Shown: positions 1 through 7,098 of the stretch, one piece after another | How the letters are laid out: every line of letters begins with the position of its first letter | Numbering within the stretch: the first letter of the stretch is position 1 | Assembly: GCA_963631875.1 (NCBI GenBank) | Contig: CAVGSO010000001.1 | Span: 16,494 to 80,493 of the forward strand | Length of the DNA: 64,000 nt | Origin: Firmicutes bacterium CAG:341 | GTDB lineage: Bacteria > Bacillota > Clostridia > Oscillospirales > Oscillospiraceae | Direction: 5' to 3' | Translations under genes and position numbers: made by a program | Notes under the pieces: generated by a model | The model's database searches: none | Seen by the model: only the letters and a program-made list of their open reading frames with translations | Told to the model about the DNA's origin: nothing

Positions 1-52
1 ACATACACCTCTGTCGTTTGTTCGGTGGAAGACACCTGTGTATGCTATGTCG

Positions 53-91
53 TTCTAACATCGTTCTAACATTTCTAACGCGAATTCTAAC
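53..91 (+). repeat. Four direct copies of the heptamer TTCTAAC (starts at 53, 64, 73, 85)
   Basis: Read directly: cgTTCTAACa tcgTTCTAACa tTTCTAACg cgaaTTCTAACa, spaced 9-12 nt, in a lower-GC non-coding stretch. Confidence 0.85.
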
Positions 92-134
92 AAAACCGCC
101 AAAATCGGCTCATTTTTGGCGTTCACTCGAACCC

Positions 135-159
135 ATTGAAAAATCAAGCATTTTTCAAT
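135..159. repeat. Perfect 10-bp inverted repeat ATTGAAAAAT-N5-ATTTTTCAAT
   Basis: Read directly. A second hairpin, CGCCAAAA-N9-TTTTGGCG, lies about 35 nt upstream. Confidence 0.8.
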
Positions 160-257
160 GGCGGATGCCAAATTGCCTTGATTTTACTGCGTTTTTCGCG
201 GACAAATCAGCCTGAAAGCGATACGAGAAAACCTCGAAAGTAAAAATTGTCGAAAAT

Positions 258-313
258 CTCGAAATCAGTTTGCGAGCAATCGCACATGGGTTCGAATCCC
301 ATCCTCTCCGCCA
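258..313 (+). tRNA. 3' partial tRNA-Ser-like fragment: possible CUCGAAA anticodon loop, long variable arm, T-arm, 3' acceptor strand, G73 and encoded CCA. Probable att-site half
   Basis: tgcga-gcaa-tcgca variable-arm hairpin, then c-ATGGG-TTCGAAT-CCCAT-CCTCTCC-G-CCA ending at 313. No complementary GGAGAGG 5' acceptor strand occurs in the 100 nt upstream, and the 5' anticodon stem does not pair, so the gene is truncated. The 5' boundary is uncertain. Confidence 0.6.
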
Positions 314-318
314 ACGGA

Positions 319-350
319 AACCGCATAAGCCCTGTGTTTATGCGGTTTTT
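319..350 (+). terminator. Rho-independent terminator directly after the tRNA fragment
   Basis: AACCGCATAA-N9-TTATGCGGTT followed by TTTTT. Confidence 0.75.
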
Positions 351-365
351 CCATACCTATATTGC

Positions 366-397
366 AAAAGAGCAGGGATAAAAATCCCTGCTCTTTT
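366..397. terminator. Second hairpin terminator, A-tract/T-tract flanked, possibly bidirectional
   Basis: AAAAGAGCAGGGA-TAAAAA-TCCCTGCTCTTTT. Confidence 0.65.
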
Positions 398-589
398 GTT
401 ATTTCTGAGGGATGTTATCAAGAATTTTATGTTAACACTCCTCCGTTTCAGAGATCTGCGCCGGGCTTCCAAAGTGCTTTCAAAAGCCGAATTGTTGTAA
501 AATGTTATCAAATCGAGCAAAAAGATATCCTCTTGTCCAAGATGCATTGTCGTCCTACATGGGTTTTGTCTATTTCGCGCAAATATGCC

Positions 590-618
590 TTGCATTTCTC
601 GGAAAGTGTCGGTATAAT
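590..618 (+). promoter_or_regulatory. Sigma-70-type promoter for the alarmone synthetase gene
   Basis: TTGCAT (590-595), 17-nt spacer, TATAAT (613-618). Confidence 0.6.
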
Positions 619-703
619 TGCAGAGGAAGGTGCGTTTTGTTCATACGCAGGACATAGACCGATGGTATCATGACTTTACAACGACGTAAGGAGGACGCGG
701 CTT

Positions 704-1390
704 GTGATGATCGAAAAAAGCGGCAGCATCCGCTTGAAGGACCTCTCGCTCCCCCACCGTCTGACACCGCAGGAGCAGGAGCTGGCGGCGGGCATGGTGC
801 GGGTGACGCACCTCTACCGCAGTGCGCTGAAGGTGGCGGTGACGCAGATGGAGATACTGGACGAAGAATTTGCCCGACTGTATGACCACTCCCCGATCCA
901 CCACATCGAATACCGCATTAAATCGCTGGACAGCATTGTTGACAAGCTGCGCCGCCGCGGTCATGAGGTGAGCATCGACAATATCTACGCCCACATTCAG
1001 GACGTGGCCGGGATTCGCGTCATCTGCAACTATCTGGACGACATCTACTACCTGCGCTCGCTCCTGACACGCAGCGAGTCCTACACCGTGCTGCGGGAGG
1101 TGGACTACATCCGCCGTCCCAAGGAGACGGGCTACCGAAGCCTCCACCTCATCGTCAACGTGCCGTTCGTCATCTCCGAGGGGACGATGGTGCTGCCCGT
1201 GGAGATACAGCTTCGCACCATTGCGATGGATATGTGGGCGAGCTTGGAGCATGAGCTGCGCTACAAGTCCGACCGGCGCTTTACCGATGAGGACGCGGCG
1301 CGGCTGCGGCTCTGCTCCGACGCCATCAGCGAGATCGACCGCGAAATGCAGGACATTTATCAGGGAAACGAACCGCAGTACCATGCGTAG
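704..1390 (+). CDS. Small alarmone synthetase (RelA/SpoT-domain GTP pyrophosphokinase, RelQ/RelP/YjbM class)
   Basis: 228 aa. Motifs DVAGIRVICNY, GYRSLHLIV, EIQLRTIAMDMWASLEHELRYK. AAGGAGG sits 10 nt upstream of the GTG/ATG start. Confidence 0.9.
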   Translation: MMIEKSGSIRLKDLSLPHRLTPQEQELAAGMVRVTHLYRSALKVAVTQMEILDEEFARLYDHSPIHHIEYRIKSLDSIVDKLRRRGHEVSIDNIYAHIQDVAGIRVICNYLDDIYYLRSLLTRSESYTVLREVDYIRRPKETGYRSLHLIVNVPFVISEGTMVLPVEIQLRTIAMDMWASLEHELRYKSDRRFTDEDAARLRLCSDAISEIDREMQDIYQGNEPQYHA

Positions 1391-1400
1391 TCATACCGAA

Positions 1401-1432
1401 CGCCCTCTCCGACAAGCGGGGAGGGCGTTTTT
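1401..1432 (+). terminator. Terminator shared by convergent genes
   Basis: CGCCCTC...GAGGGCG stem followed by TTTTT. It overlaps the stop codon of the minus-strand GT-C gene. Confidence 0.65.
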
Positions 1433-2972
1433 ACGTCTTCTGCCGTTTCTTTTTCCTGCGCAGAGCTTGAACATACGCCATAAGCCGATTCAATTCATAC
1501 GCGGCCAGCGGGAGCATGGCGAAAACGTACATATACACGTACTGACTTTTCGTCTCCGAGAAAAAGTGAAAGATAAAGCCGCCGATGAAATACAGGTACA
1601 GAACCCTTGCGAACGGATACTCGTCTCTTCGCTTCACGGCGAAGCACAGCGCCGCCGCGAATATGATGACCACATCGGCTTTGGCGTACAAGGCTACGAG
1701 CTTCTCCAGCTTACCGCCGTTATAAAGCGACAGCAACACTCGCGTTGTTACCGACTCTGAGCCCTTTGGGCCGCTCCACGCCGACTGAAACATCGGCTCA
1801 CACCACGTGGAAAGTATCTTCCGCCAATAAAAGCTCGCCGCTTTCATCGGCTCTGCCAGACTTTCCGAGATGTTTTCCTTTATCTTCTCCTTCGCGTTCT
1901 GCGCGGCTGTCTCCGTGTCGTAATTCGCGGCAGCGTAGGCCGAAGTCGAGTATCCGTCCCACCAGCCCGGAGCTCTGACCTCATTGTTCAGGTCTGTCCC
2001 CATGGCGATATGAACCACGATGGGCGTTCCCTCCCCGATCTCGGTATGCGAGACGGCACTGTATACCGCTTTCAGCAAGCCAACCGCGCCGAAGGCGCAC
2101 ACCATCATCGCGGCCGCCGCCAAAATCGGCCTGCGGCTCTGCTTTTTCTCCTTCGTCGGCTTCAGGATAAGGATGATTGCCATGGCGATGACGCCTATTT
2201 TGAAGTTCGGCTTGATCAGCGCGGCGAGGGTCGAGAAGAGGATCAGGAGGCCTATGTCCTTTGGCCGACCGCCCTTATATACGCGGAGGCAAAAATACAG
2301 GGCGATCATCAGGCAGCAGAAGCCGGGGATAATGCCGTAGCCGAACATGATGAAAAGAAACTGCGGCAGAAATGCGAACTCAAGAAACAGGACAAGCCTG
2401 CTGACCGTCTCGTCTCCAAACAGCTCGTCCGTGAGCTTATACCCGAACCGGTTGATGAGCAGAACCTCCAGCAGATTGGCCGCGTAGAGGATTTTTGAAT
2501 TGCCGGAAAATGCACGGAGTATCAGGTCGTAGGTCGCCATACCTAACTGGAAGGGGAACTTTCCGATGTAGCCCTCCTTGCTCAAGGGAGAAAAATCACC
2601 ATGCAAAAAAGACCCCGCCGCACTCCAAACCAATGCTGCGTCCGCTCTTATGCAGGGGTTCGTGTTGAATATCCAGTACGCTCCGGCGATGAGATAGGCG
2701 ATGGAAAAGGTAATGAATATCCGCTTGGCGTCAAATTTCGCCGCTATTTTAAGGTAGAGATACGCGCACGCAAGCACCGCGGGGATGAACAGCGCGTACA
2801 AAAACGAGGCAGAATACGACACAACCTCCGATAAACTCACCCGGCTCGTTCTGATCAGATTGGCCGCAAAGACAAACGCGATCAAGCATATCGCAATGAG
2901 GTCTATGCCCGTGCGCCCGACTTTTTTGCAATCTTCAAGCCGCGTTGTCGTCATTCCCACGCTTTTCTTCAT
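1431..2972 (-). CDS. Polytopic membrane glycosyltransferase of the GT-C type, in the type-specific Gtr position (ArnT/PMT/YfhO-like)
   Basis: About 513 aa from the ATG at 2972 (GGAGAG RBS 6 nt upstream). At least 10 hydrophobic segments and a Lys/Arg-rich C-terminus. It sits immediately after gtrB-gtrA. The track start at 3029 is a TTG inside the repeated leader, so I rejected it. Confidence 0.6.
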   Translation of the reverse strand: MKKSVGMTTTRLEDCKKVGRTGIDLIAICLIAFVFAANLIRTSRVSLSEVVSYSASFLYALFIPAVLACAYLYLKIAAKFDAKRIFITFSIAYLIAGAYWIFNTNPCIRADAALVWSAAGSFLHGDFSPLSKEGYIGKFPFQLGMATYDLILRAFSGNSKILYAANLLEVLLINRFGYKLTDELFGDETVSRLVLFLEFAFLPQFLFIMFGYGIIPGFCCLMIALYFCLRVYKGGRPKDIGLLILFSTLAALIKPNFKIGVIAMAIILILKPTKEKKQSRRPILAAAAMMVCAFGAVGLLKAVYSAVSHTEIGEGTPIVVHIAMGTDLNNEVRAPGWWDGYSTSAYAAANYDTETAAQNAKEKIKENISESLAEPMKAASFYWRKILSTWCEPMFQSAWSGPKGSESVTTRVLLSLYNGGKLEKLVALYAKADVVIIFAAALCFAVKRRDEYPFARVLYLYFIGGFIFHFFSETKSQYVYMYVFAMLPLAAYELNRLMAYVQALRRKKKRQKT

Positions 2973-3021
2973 CTGTCTCTCTCCGTCTCTTGTTTTGCGC
3001 GCAAAGCAGCAAGGCAAGCGC

Positions 3022-3175
3022 CCCGACAAGCATACATATCCTTCCGGGTTCGGTAGAACCCGGAAACGCGGAGACGCAGAGCGCGCTCTGCGTCCCTATT
3101 TTGATGTCAACTGACCTTGCTTGCGCTGTCTATCTTACCCCGCTCCGTGCCTCTTGTCAACTCAAAAATCCTTCA
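3022..3175 (-). promoter_or_regulatory. Promoter-leader element, copy B, upstream of the GT-C gene
   Basis: On the minus strand: TTGACA (3155-3160), 17 nt, TAAGAT (3132-3137). Then a 22-bp perfect palindrome GACGCAGAGCGCGCTCTGCGTC (3073-3094) and a hairpin at 3042-3065. About 85% identical to 4621-4773. Confidence 0.7.
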
Positions 3176-3583
3176 CGCCCTCTTGCTTCGAAAGGCGAAA
3201 AATCGTTGTCCAAGATAATTCAGCGCGGTGTAGAGGCACATTCCGACCACCATGGCGACGTTTTCCTGAATGCGCGTGGAGGAACCCCGCAGCAGCCACA
3301 TGGCGGCGGGCTTCGCAAGGCCGTAGCCGATGAAGTAGCACACGGCCACATTCAGTGCAAACCGCCACACCTGCCGCCACGACCATTCTTTATTCTCAAA
3401 TGTGAAATACTTGTTCAGAAAGAAGCTCACGATGCCGCCGACCACGTAATTCGCCGCCGAGGACAGCCAGTACGAGCAGCTCGCCACGTTGTAGAGCAAA
3501 AACATCGTCCCGCAGCCGATAACCGTGTTGACGACACCGACCAGCAGAAACTTTGCGACCGTCTTATCCAGCAGCTTACTCAT
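3173..3583 (-). CDS. gtrA: GtrA family membrane protein (polyprenyl-phosphate-sugar flippase-like)
   Basis: 136 aa, four hydrophobic helices. Motifs KFLLVGVVNTVIG, FFLNKYFTF, LNYLGQRFFAF. Confidence 0.85.
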   Translation of the reverse strand: MSKLLDKTVAKFLLVGVVNTVIGCGTMFLLYNVASCSYWLSSAANYVVGGIVSFFLNKYFTFENKEWSWRQVWRFALNVAVCYFIGYGLAKPAAMWLLRGSSTRIQENVAMVVGMCLYTALNYLGQRFFAFRSKRA

Positions 3584-4532
3584 CGCCGTCCTCGCTTGTC
3601 TCCGCCACGATATAAATCGGGCGGTGCTTCGTTTCCAAATACGTCTTGGCGAGGTACTGGCCGAGGATGCCCATGCAGAGAAGCTGTATGCCGCCCAAGA
3701 ACAAGATCATACACGCCATGGACGGCCAACCGCCTACCGGATCACCAAAGGCCAGTGTTTTGACTACAATAACGACGATCGTCAGAAATGCAATAAAACA
3801 AAGAATCATGCCAAATACAGAGGCAAGCGCCAGCGGCGCGGTAGAAAATGCGGTAATCCCTTGCAGAGAATACTTGAAGAGCTTCCAGAAAGACCATTTC
3901 GTTTCTCCGGCAACACGTTCAATGTTCTCGTACGGCAGCCACTTTGTCCGAAATCCCACCCAGCCGAAAATGCCTTTTGAAAACCGATTGTATTCGCTCA
4001 TGGATAGAATCGCATCCACCATCTGCCGCTTCATCAGACGGAAATCCCGCGCTCCATCCACGATGTCCGCGTCGGATATGCGGTTGATGAGCTTATAGAA
4101 ACAGTGCGCGAAAAAACTGCGGACAGGCGGCTCGCCTTTTCTGTCTGCTCTCCGGGTGGCCACGGAATCATACTCGCCGCTCTGCAAGGCGTCGTACATC
4201 TCCGGCAGCAGCGCAGGCGGGTCTTGCATATCGGCGTCCATGATCGCTGCATAATCGCCCGCAGCGTTTTTCAACCCGGCGTACATCGCGGCCTCCTTAC
4301 CGAAATTGCGAGAGAAGGATATGTAGCGCACACGCTTGTCCTCCGAGGCGGCCTGACGGAGAATGTCAAGCGTGCCGTCCCCTGAGCCGTCGTTGACGAA
4401 CAAAATTTCAAATGCAGTCCCTCGGGTCGCGGACATATCATCCGCCACCCGCCGTATCTCTTCGAGGAAGTACGGCAGTGCCTCCTGCTCGTTGTAGCAG
4501 GGGACAACTATACTTAAGGTTTGGATTTTCAT
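3576..4532 (-). CDS. gtrB: GT2 polyprenyl-phosphate glycosyltransferase (GtrB/CsbB-like)
   Basis: 318 aa. Motifs SIVVPCYNEQE, FVNDGSGDGT, DADMQDPP, and two C-terminal transmembrane helices. Confidence 0.9.
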   Translation of the reverse strand: MKIQTLSIVVPCYNEQEALPYFLEEIRRVADDMSATRGTAFEILFVNDGSGDGTLDILRQAASEDKRVRYISFSRNFGKEAAMYAGLKNAAGDYAAIMDADMQDPPALLPEMYDALQSGEYDSVATRRADRKGEPPVRSFFAHCFYKLINRISDADIVDGARDFRLMKRQMVDAILSMSEYNRFSKGIFGWVGFRTKWLPYENIERVAGETKWSFWKLFKYSLQGITAFSTAPLALASVFGMILCFIAFLTIVVIVVKTLAFGDPVGGWPSMACMILFLGGIQLLCMGILGQYLAKTYLETKHRPIYIVAETSEDGDE

Positions 4533-4569
4533 TTTTGCTTCTCCTGTCTTTTCTTCTTTCTGTGCGGTG

Positions 4570-4609
4570 CTTGAACATACGCCGTGAGCCGATTCAATTC
4601 ATACGCGGC
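4570..4609 (-). pseudogene. 40-nt remnant of the 3' end of a GT-C paralogue
   Basis: 38/40 identical to 1466-1505, which encodes the C-terminal AAYELNRLMAYVQ of the intact GT-C gene. No upstream reading frame is left. Confidence 0.6.
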
Positions 4610-4620
4610 TGCGCAAACAT

Positions 4621-4773
4621 CCCGACAAGCATACATACTTCTGGGTTCGGTAGAACCCAGAAGCGCGGGGACGCAGAGCGCGCTCTGCGTCCCTATTTTG
4701 ATGTCAAATGCGCCTGTTTGTCCCGTTTATCTTACCTTATGCCGCTCCGCTTGTCAACTCAAAAAGTCCTTCA
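4621..4773 (-). promoter_or_regulatory. Promoter-leader element, copy A, upstream of gtrB
   Basis: On the minus strand: TTGACA (4752-4757), 17 nt, TAAGAT (4729-4734). A 26-bp palindrome at 4668-4693 and a hairpin at 4638-4663 that carries a compensatory C:G to T:A change relative to copy B. Confidence 0.7.
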
Positions 4774-4792
4774 GCAAACAGGCGCAGCGTTT

Positions 4793-5881
4793 TTATTCCA
4801 TCGGGATGTCCGCAAATTTGAGCGGTTTTTCCTCTCCGTTCAGGACGCGAGAGGCGCCTGCGGCGAGGGCTTCCAGCTCAAATTCTCCCGCCATGATCTC
4901 CACCGGAGCGATGAATTTAAGCTTTTTCGTGAGATAGTCGGCGACATACGCGGAGTGCGCCAGCCCGCCTGTCAGGATGATCCTGTCCACGTCGCCGTCC
5001 GCCGCGGCGGCCAGACCGCCGACGGCACGGGCGCAGCTATACAGCATCCCGTCGTAGACCAGCTTGGCGTGTTCGTCGCCCTCGGCAATGCGCTTTTCGA
5101 CCTCCTGCGCGCTGGCCGTGCCTAAATGCGCCACCAAGCCGCCCTTGCCGCGGATGAAGTGCATGATGTCGTCCTTGGTGTACTCGCCGGAGAAGCACAT
5201 GGTCACGAGCGGGCAGAGGCTCACGCCGCCCATACGCTCCGGGGCGTACATCCACTCGTCGTCACGCACGCCGTCCACCATTTTCCCGCCGATAAAAAGG
5301 CGCGCAGAGCCGCCGCCGCCGAGGTGCAGCACAATAAGGCGGCAGTCCGCAAACCCTTTGTGCAGAACGGTTTCGGCGCATCGCATGGCCATGGCGCGGC
5401 AGTTGAGCGCGTGGCCCGTCATGCGTCTTGGGAGGGCGGGATGGCCGGACATTCGGGCGATGTCGGTCATTTCGTCCACGGTGACGGGGTCGCAGATGTA
5501 GGCCGGGAGATGATAGGGGCGGGCGAGGCGGAGCGCCAGCACGCAGCCGAGGTTGGAGGCGTGCGCCGCATCGCGGACGGTATACATATAATCGACCATT
5601 TCCTGATCGATTTCATACGTTCCCGCCTTGCAGTAGGGGACTTGTCCGCCGCGGGCGCAGATCGCGTCCAGCCCAGTCATATCAACGTGCTGCGCCTTCA
5701 GCGCCTGCTCGATGGCGGCCTGTCGGAAGTCCACCTGATCCATCACCCACGCATAGGGCGCAAGGCTCTCCGCGCTATGGCGGAGGGTGGTGTCAAACTC
5801 CTTTTTGGTGCCGCAAAAGAGGGCAATTTTTGTGGAGGTAGAGCCGGGATTGAGAACCAATACACGCTTATCCATCGTCAT
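4793..5881 (-). CDS. buk: Butyrate kinase
   Basis: 362 aa. Motifs VLVLNPGSTSTK, LHLGGGGS, ILTGGLAHS, full-length acetate/butyrate kinase fold pattern. Confidence 0.9.
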   Translation of the reverse strand: MTMDKRVLVLNPGSTSTKIALFCGTKKEFDTTLRHSAESLAPYAWVMDQVDFRQAAIEQALKAQHVDMTGLDAICARGGQVPYCKAGTYEIDQEMVDYMYTVRDAAHASNLGCVLALRLARPYHLPAYICDPVTVDEMTDIARMSGHPALPRRMTGHALNCRAMAMRCAETVLHKGFADCRLIVLHLGGGGSARLFIGGKMVDGVRDDEWMYAPERMGGVSLCPLVTMCFSGEYTKDDIMHFIRGKGGLVAHLGTASAQEVEKRIAEGDEHAKLVYDGMLYSCARAVGGLAAAADGDVDRIILTGGLAHSAYVADYLTKKLKFIAPVEIMAGEFELEALAAGASRVLNGEEKPLKFADIPME

Positions 5882-5967
5882 TTTGTGCCCATTTAGGGGC
5901 GTCTCCTTTCCGTTTTTTTACCACTTTTTGACCGTTTTTGAGTGATTTATGAGCGCTCTCGTTCACC

Positions 5968-7098
5968 TCATGCGGTGCAGAGGGCCTCCGCCGTAAGGCG
6001 GAGGGTTTCCTGCGTGACATTTTCGCCGGGGAACGGGGTGAGGACGTAGGCGCGTCCGTCTCCGTCGTTCCAGAAAATCGTCAGGCTCGCCTGCGTGGTG
6101 CAGAGGACGCCCCAATAGTCGCCGACGGCGAGCTGGGTCACGCTCACGCCGCCCGATGTGCCGTAGCAGAGGGAGACAAGATCGTCCACGGTGTAGGTCT
6201 TGGTGACGAGCAGGTCATAGCGCGCCTCCTGCGAGGAGACGGTGAGGTCGGCGCAGTCGTTTTCCGACGCGCCGTACCAGCTCACGGCCTCGGCGGAGAG
6301 GACGCGGACGGTGTCGGGGAATTTCAGTGTACCGACGAGCTTCGTGACCTCGTCCATACCGGGCAGCTCCTCGGGGAAGATTTCAAACGTCCCGGCCTCG
6401 CAGGCGGTGACGGAGACGGTGAGGTCGTCCGCCACGGTGAGGGCGAAGCGGAAGCCGTAGTCCTGCGCCGTGTCGTAGAGCAGGAGGTCCGTCTCGCCGG
6501 AGGTCAGGCCGGAGAGCTTGTAGGTGCAGCCGTCCTCGCCGAGCGACAGCTCGGCGGCGAGACGCGCCGCGTCGTAGTCAAGCGCCGTCCAGCTCCAAAG
6601 TGCCGTGTCGGCGTCGAGGAAGACGGAGAGACTGCCGTCCTCGTTCGTATAGCAGAGGGCGGAGGGCTTGCCGTCCTCCCCGGCCGAAGCGGCGGGCGGG
6701 AGGTCGGTATAGCTCGTGTCTGCGACGGTGAGCTTGCCCTTGTCGGAGGTGGTGAGGATAAAGTTGATGAGGAAGGCATCGTCGTAGGGGGCAGTGTCGC
6801 GGCGGCAGGCAAGGCGCACCGCGCCGCCGACCGTGCCCTGCGCGGTGATGTCGAAGACCGCGCTGCCGTCCGCGGCCGGCTCGGCGGCCGTGACGGTCAG
6901 GCCGCCGCTCTCCGCGCCCTCGGCGACCCACGACCAGCCCGCCTCGGGGGCGTTCTCCACGGTGACGCGGAGGCTGCCGCTGCCCGTGCTTTTCCAGCTG
7001 TACGGGTGGGATGATCCGCCGGCGGCGTGGGTGCGGGTACAGGCGGTAAGCAGTAGGGTCAGGAGTACACATACAGCAATCAGAAGCTTTTTTTTCAT
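5968..7098 (-). CDS. Lipoprotein of unknown function, translationally coupled to the upstream giant gene
   Basis: 376 aa. Signal peptide with lipobox LLLTAC. Its ATG overlaps the stop of the 1455-aa gene (ATGA at 7095-7098). Confidence 0.75.
   Translation of the reverse strand: MKKKLLIAVCVLLTLLLTACTRTHAAGGSSHPYSWKSTGSGSLRVTVENAPEAGWSWVAEGAESGGLTVTAAEPAADGSAVFDITAQGTVGGAVRLACRRDTAPYDDAFLINFILTTSDKGKLTVADTSYTDLPPAASAGEDGKPSALCYTNEDGSLSVFLDADTALWSWTALDYDAARLAAELSLGEDGCTYKLSGLTSGETDLLLYDTAQDYGFRFALTVADDLTVSVTACEAGTFEIFPEELPGMDEVTKLVGTLKFPDTVRVLSAEAVSWYGASENDCADLTVSSQEARYDLLVTKTYTVDDLVSLCYGTSGGVSVTQLAVGDYWGVLCTTQASLTIFWNDGDGRAYVLTPFPGENVTQETLRLTAEALCTA

Noticed and set aside
1-313. Possibility that the left edge is the 3' part of a tmRNA (ssrA) gene
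   Set aside because: The discriminator is G rather than the A expected of tmRNA and tRNA-Ala mimics. A long variable-arm hairpin typical of tRNA-Ser precedes the T-arm. No tag-like reading frame ending in ..LAA/..VAA followed by a stop was seen upstream.
3073-3110. The palindrome plus CTATTTT read on the plus strand as a terminator, and a second TTGACA on the minus strand (3105-3110) as an extra promoter
   Set aside because: No plus-strand gene runs into it, and no -10 hexamer follows the second TTGACA at 16-18 nt because that region is inside the palindrome.
5882-5967. Mini-ORF ATGGGCACAAAATGA (MGTK) overlapping the buk start codon, with GGAG 9 nt upstream
   Set aside because: It could mediate translational coupling because the buk ATG has no close RBS. 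However, a 4-codon ORF is easily a chance occurrence, and there is no way to support it from sequence alone.
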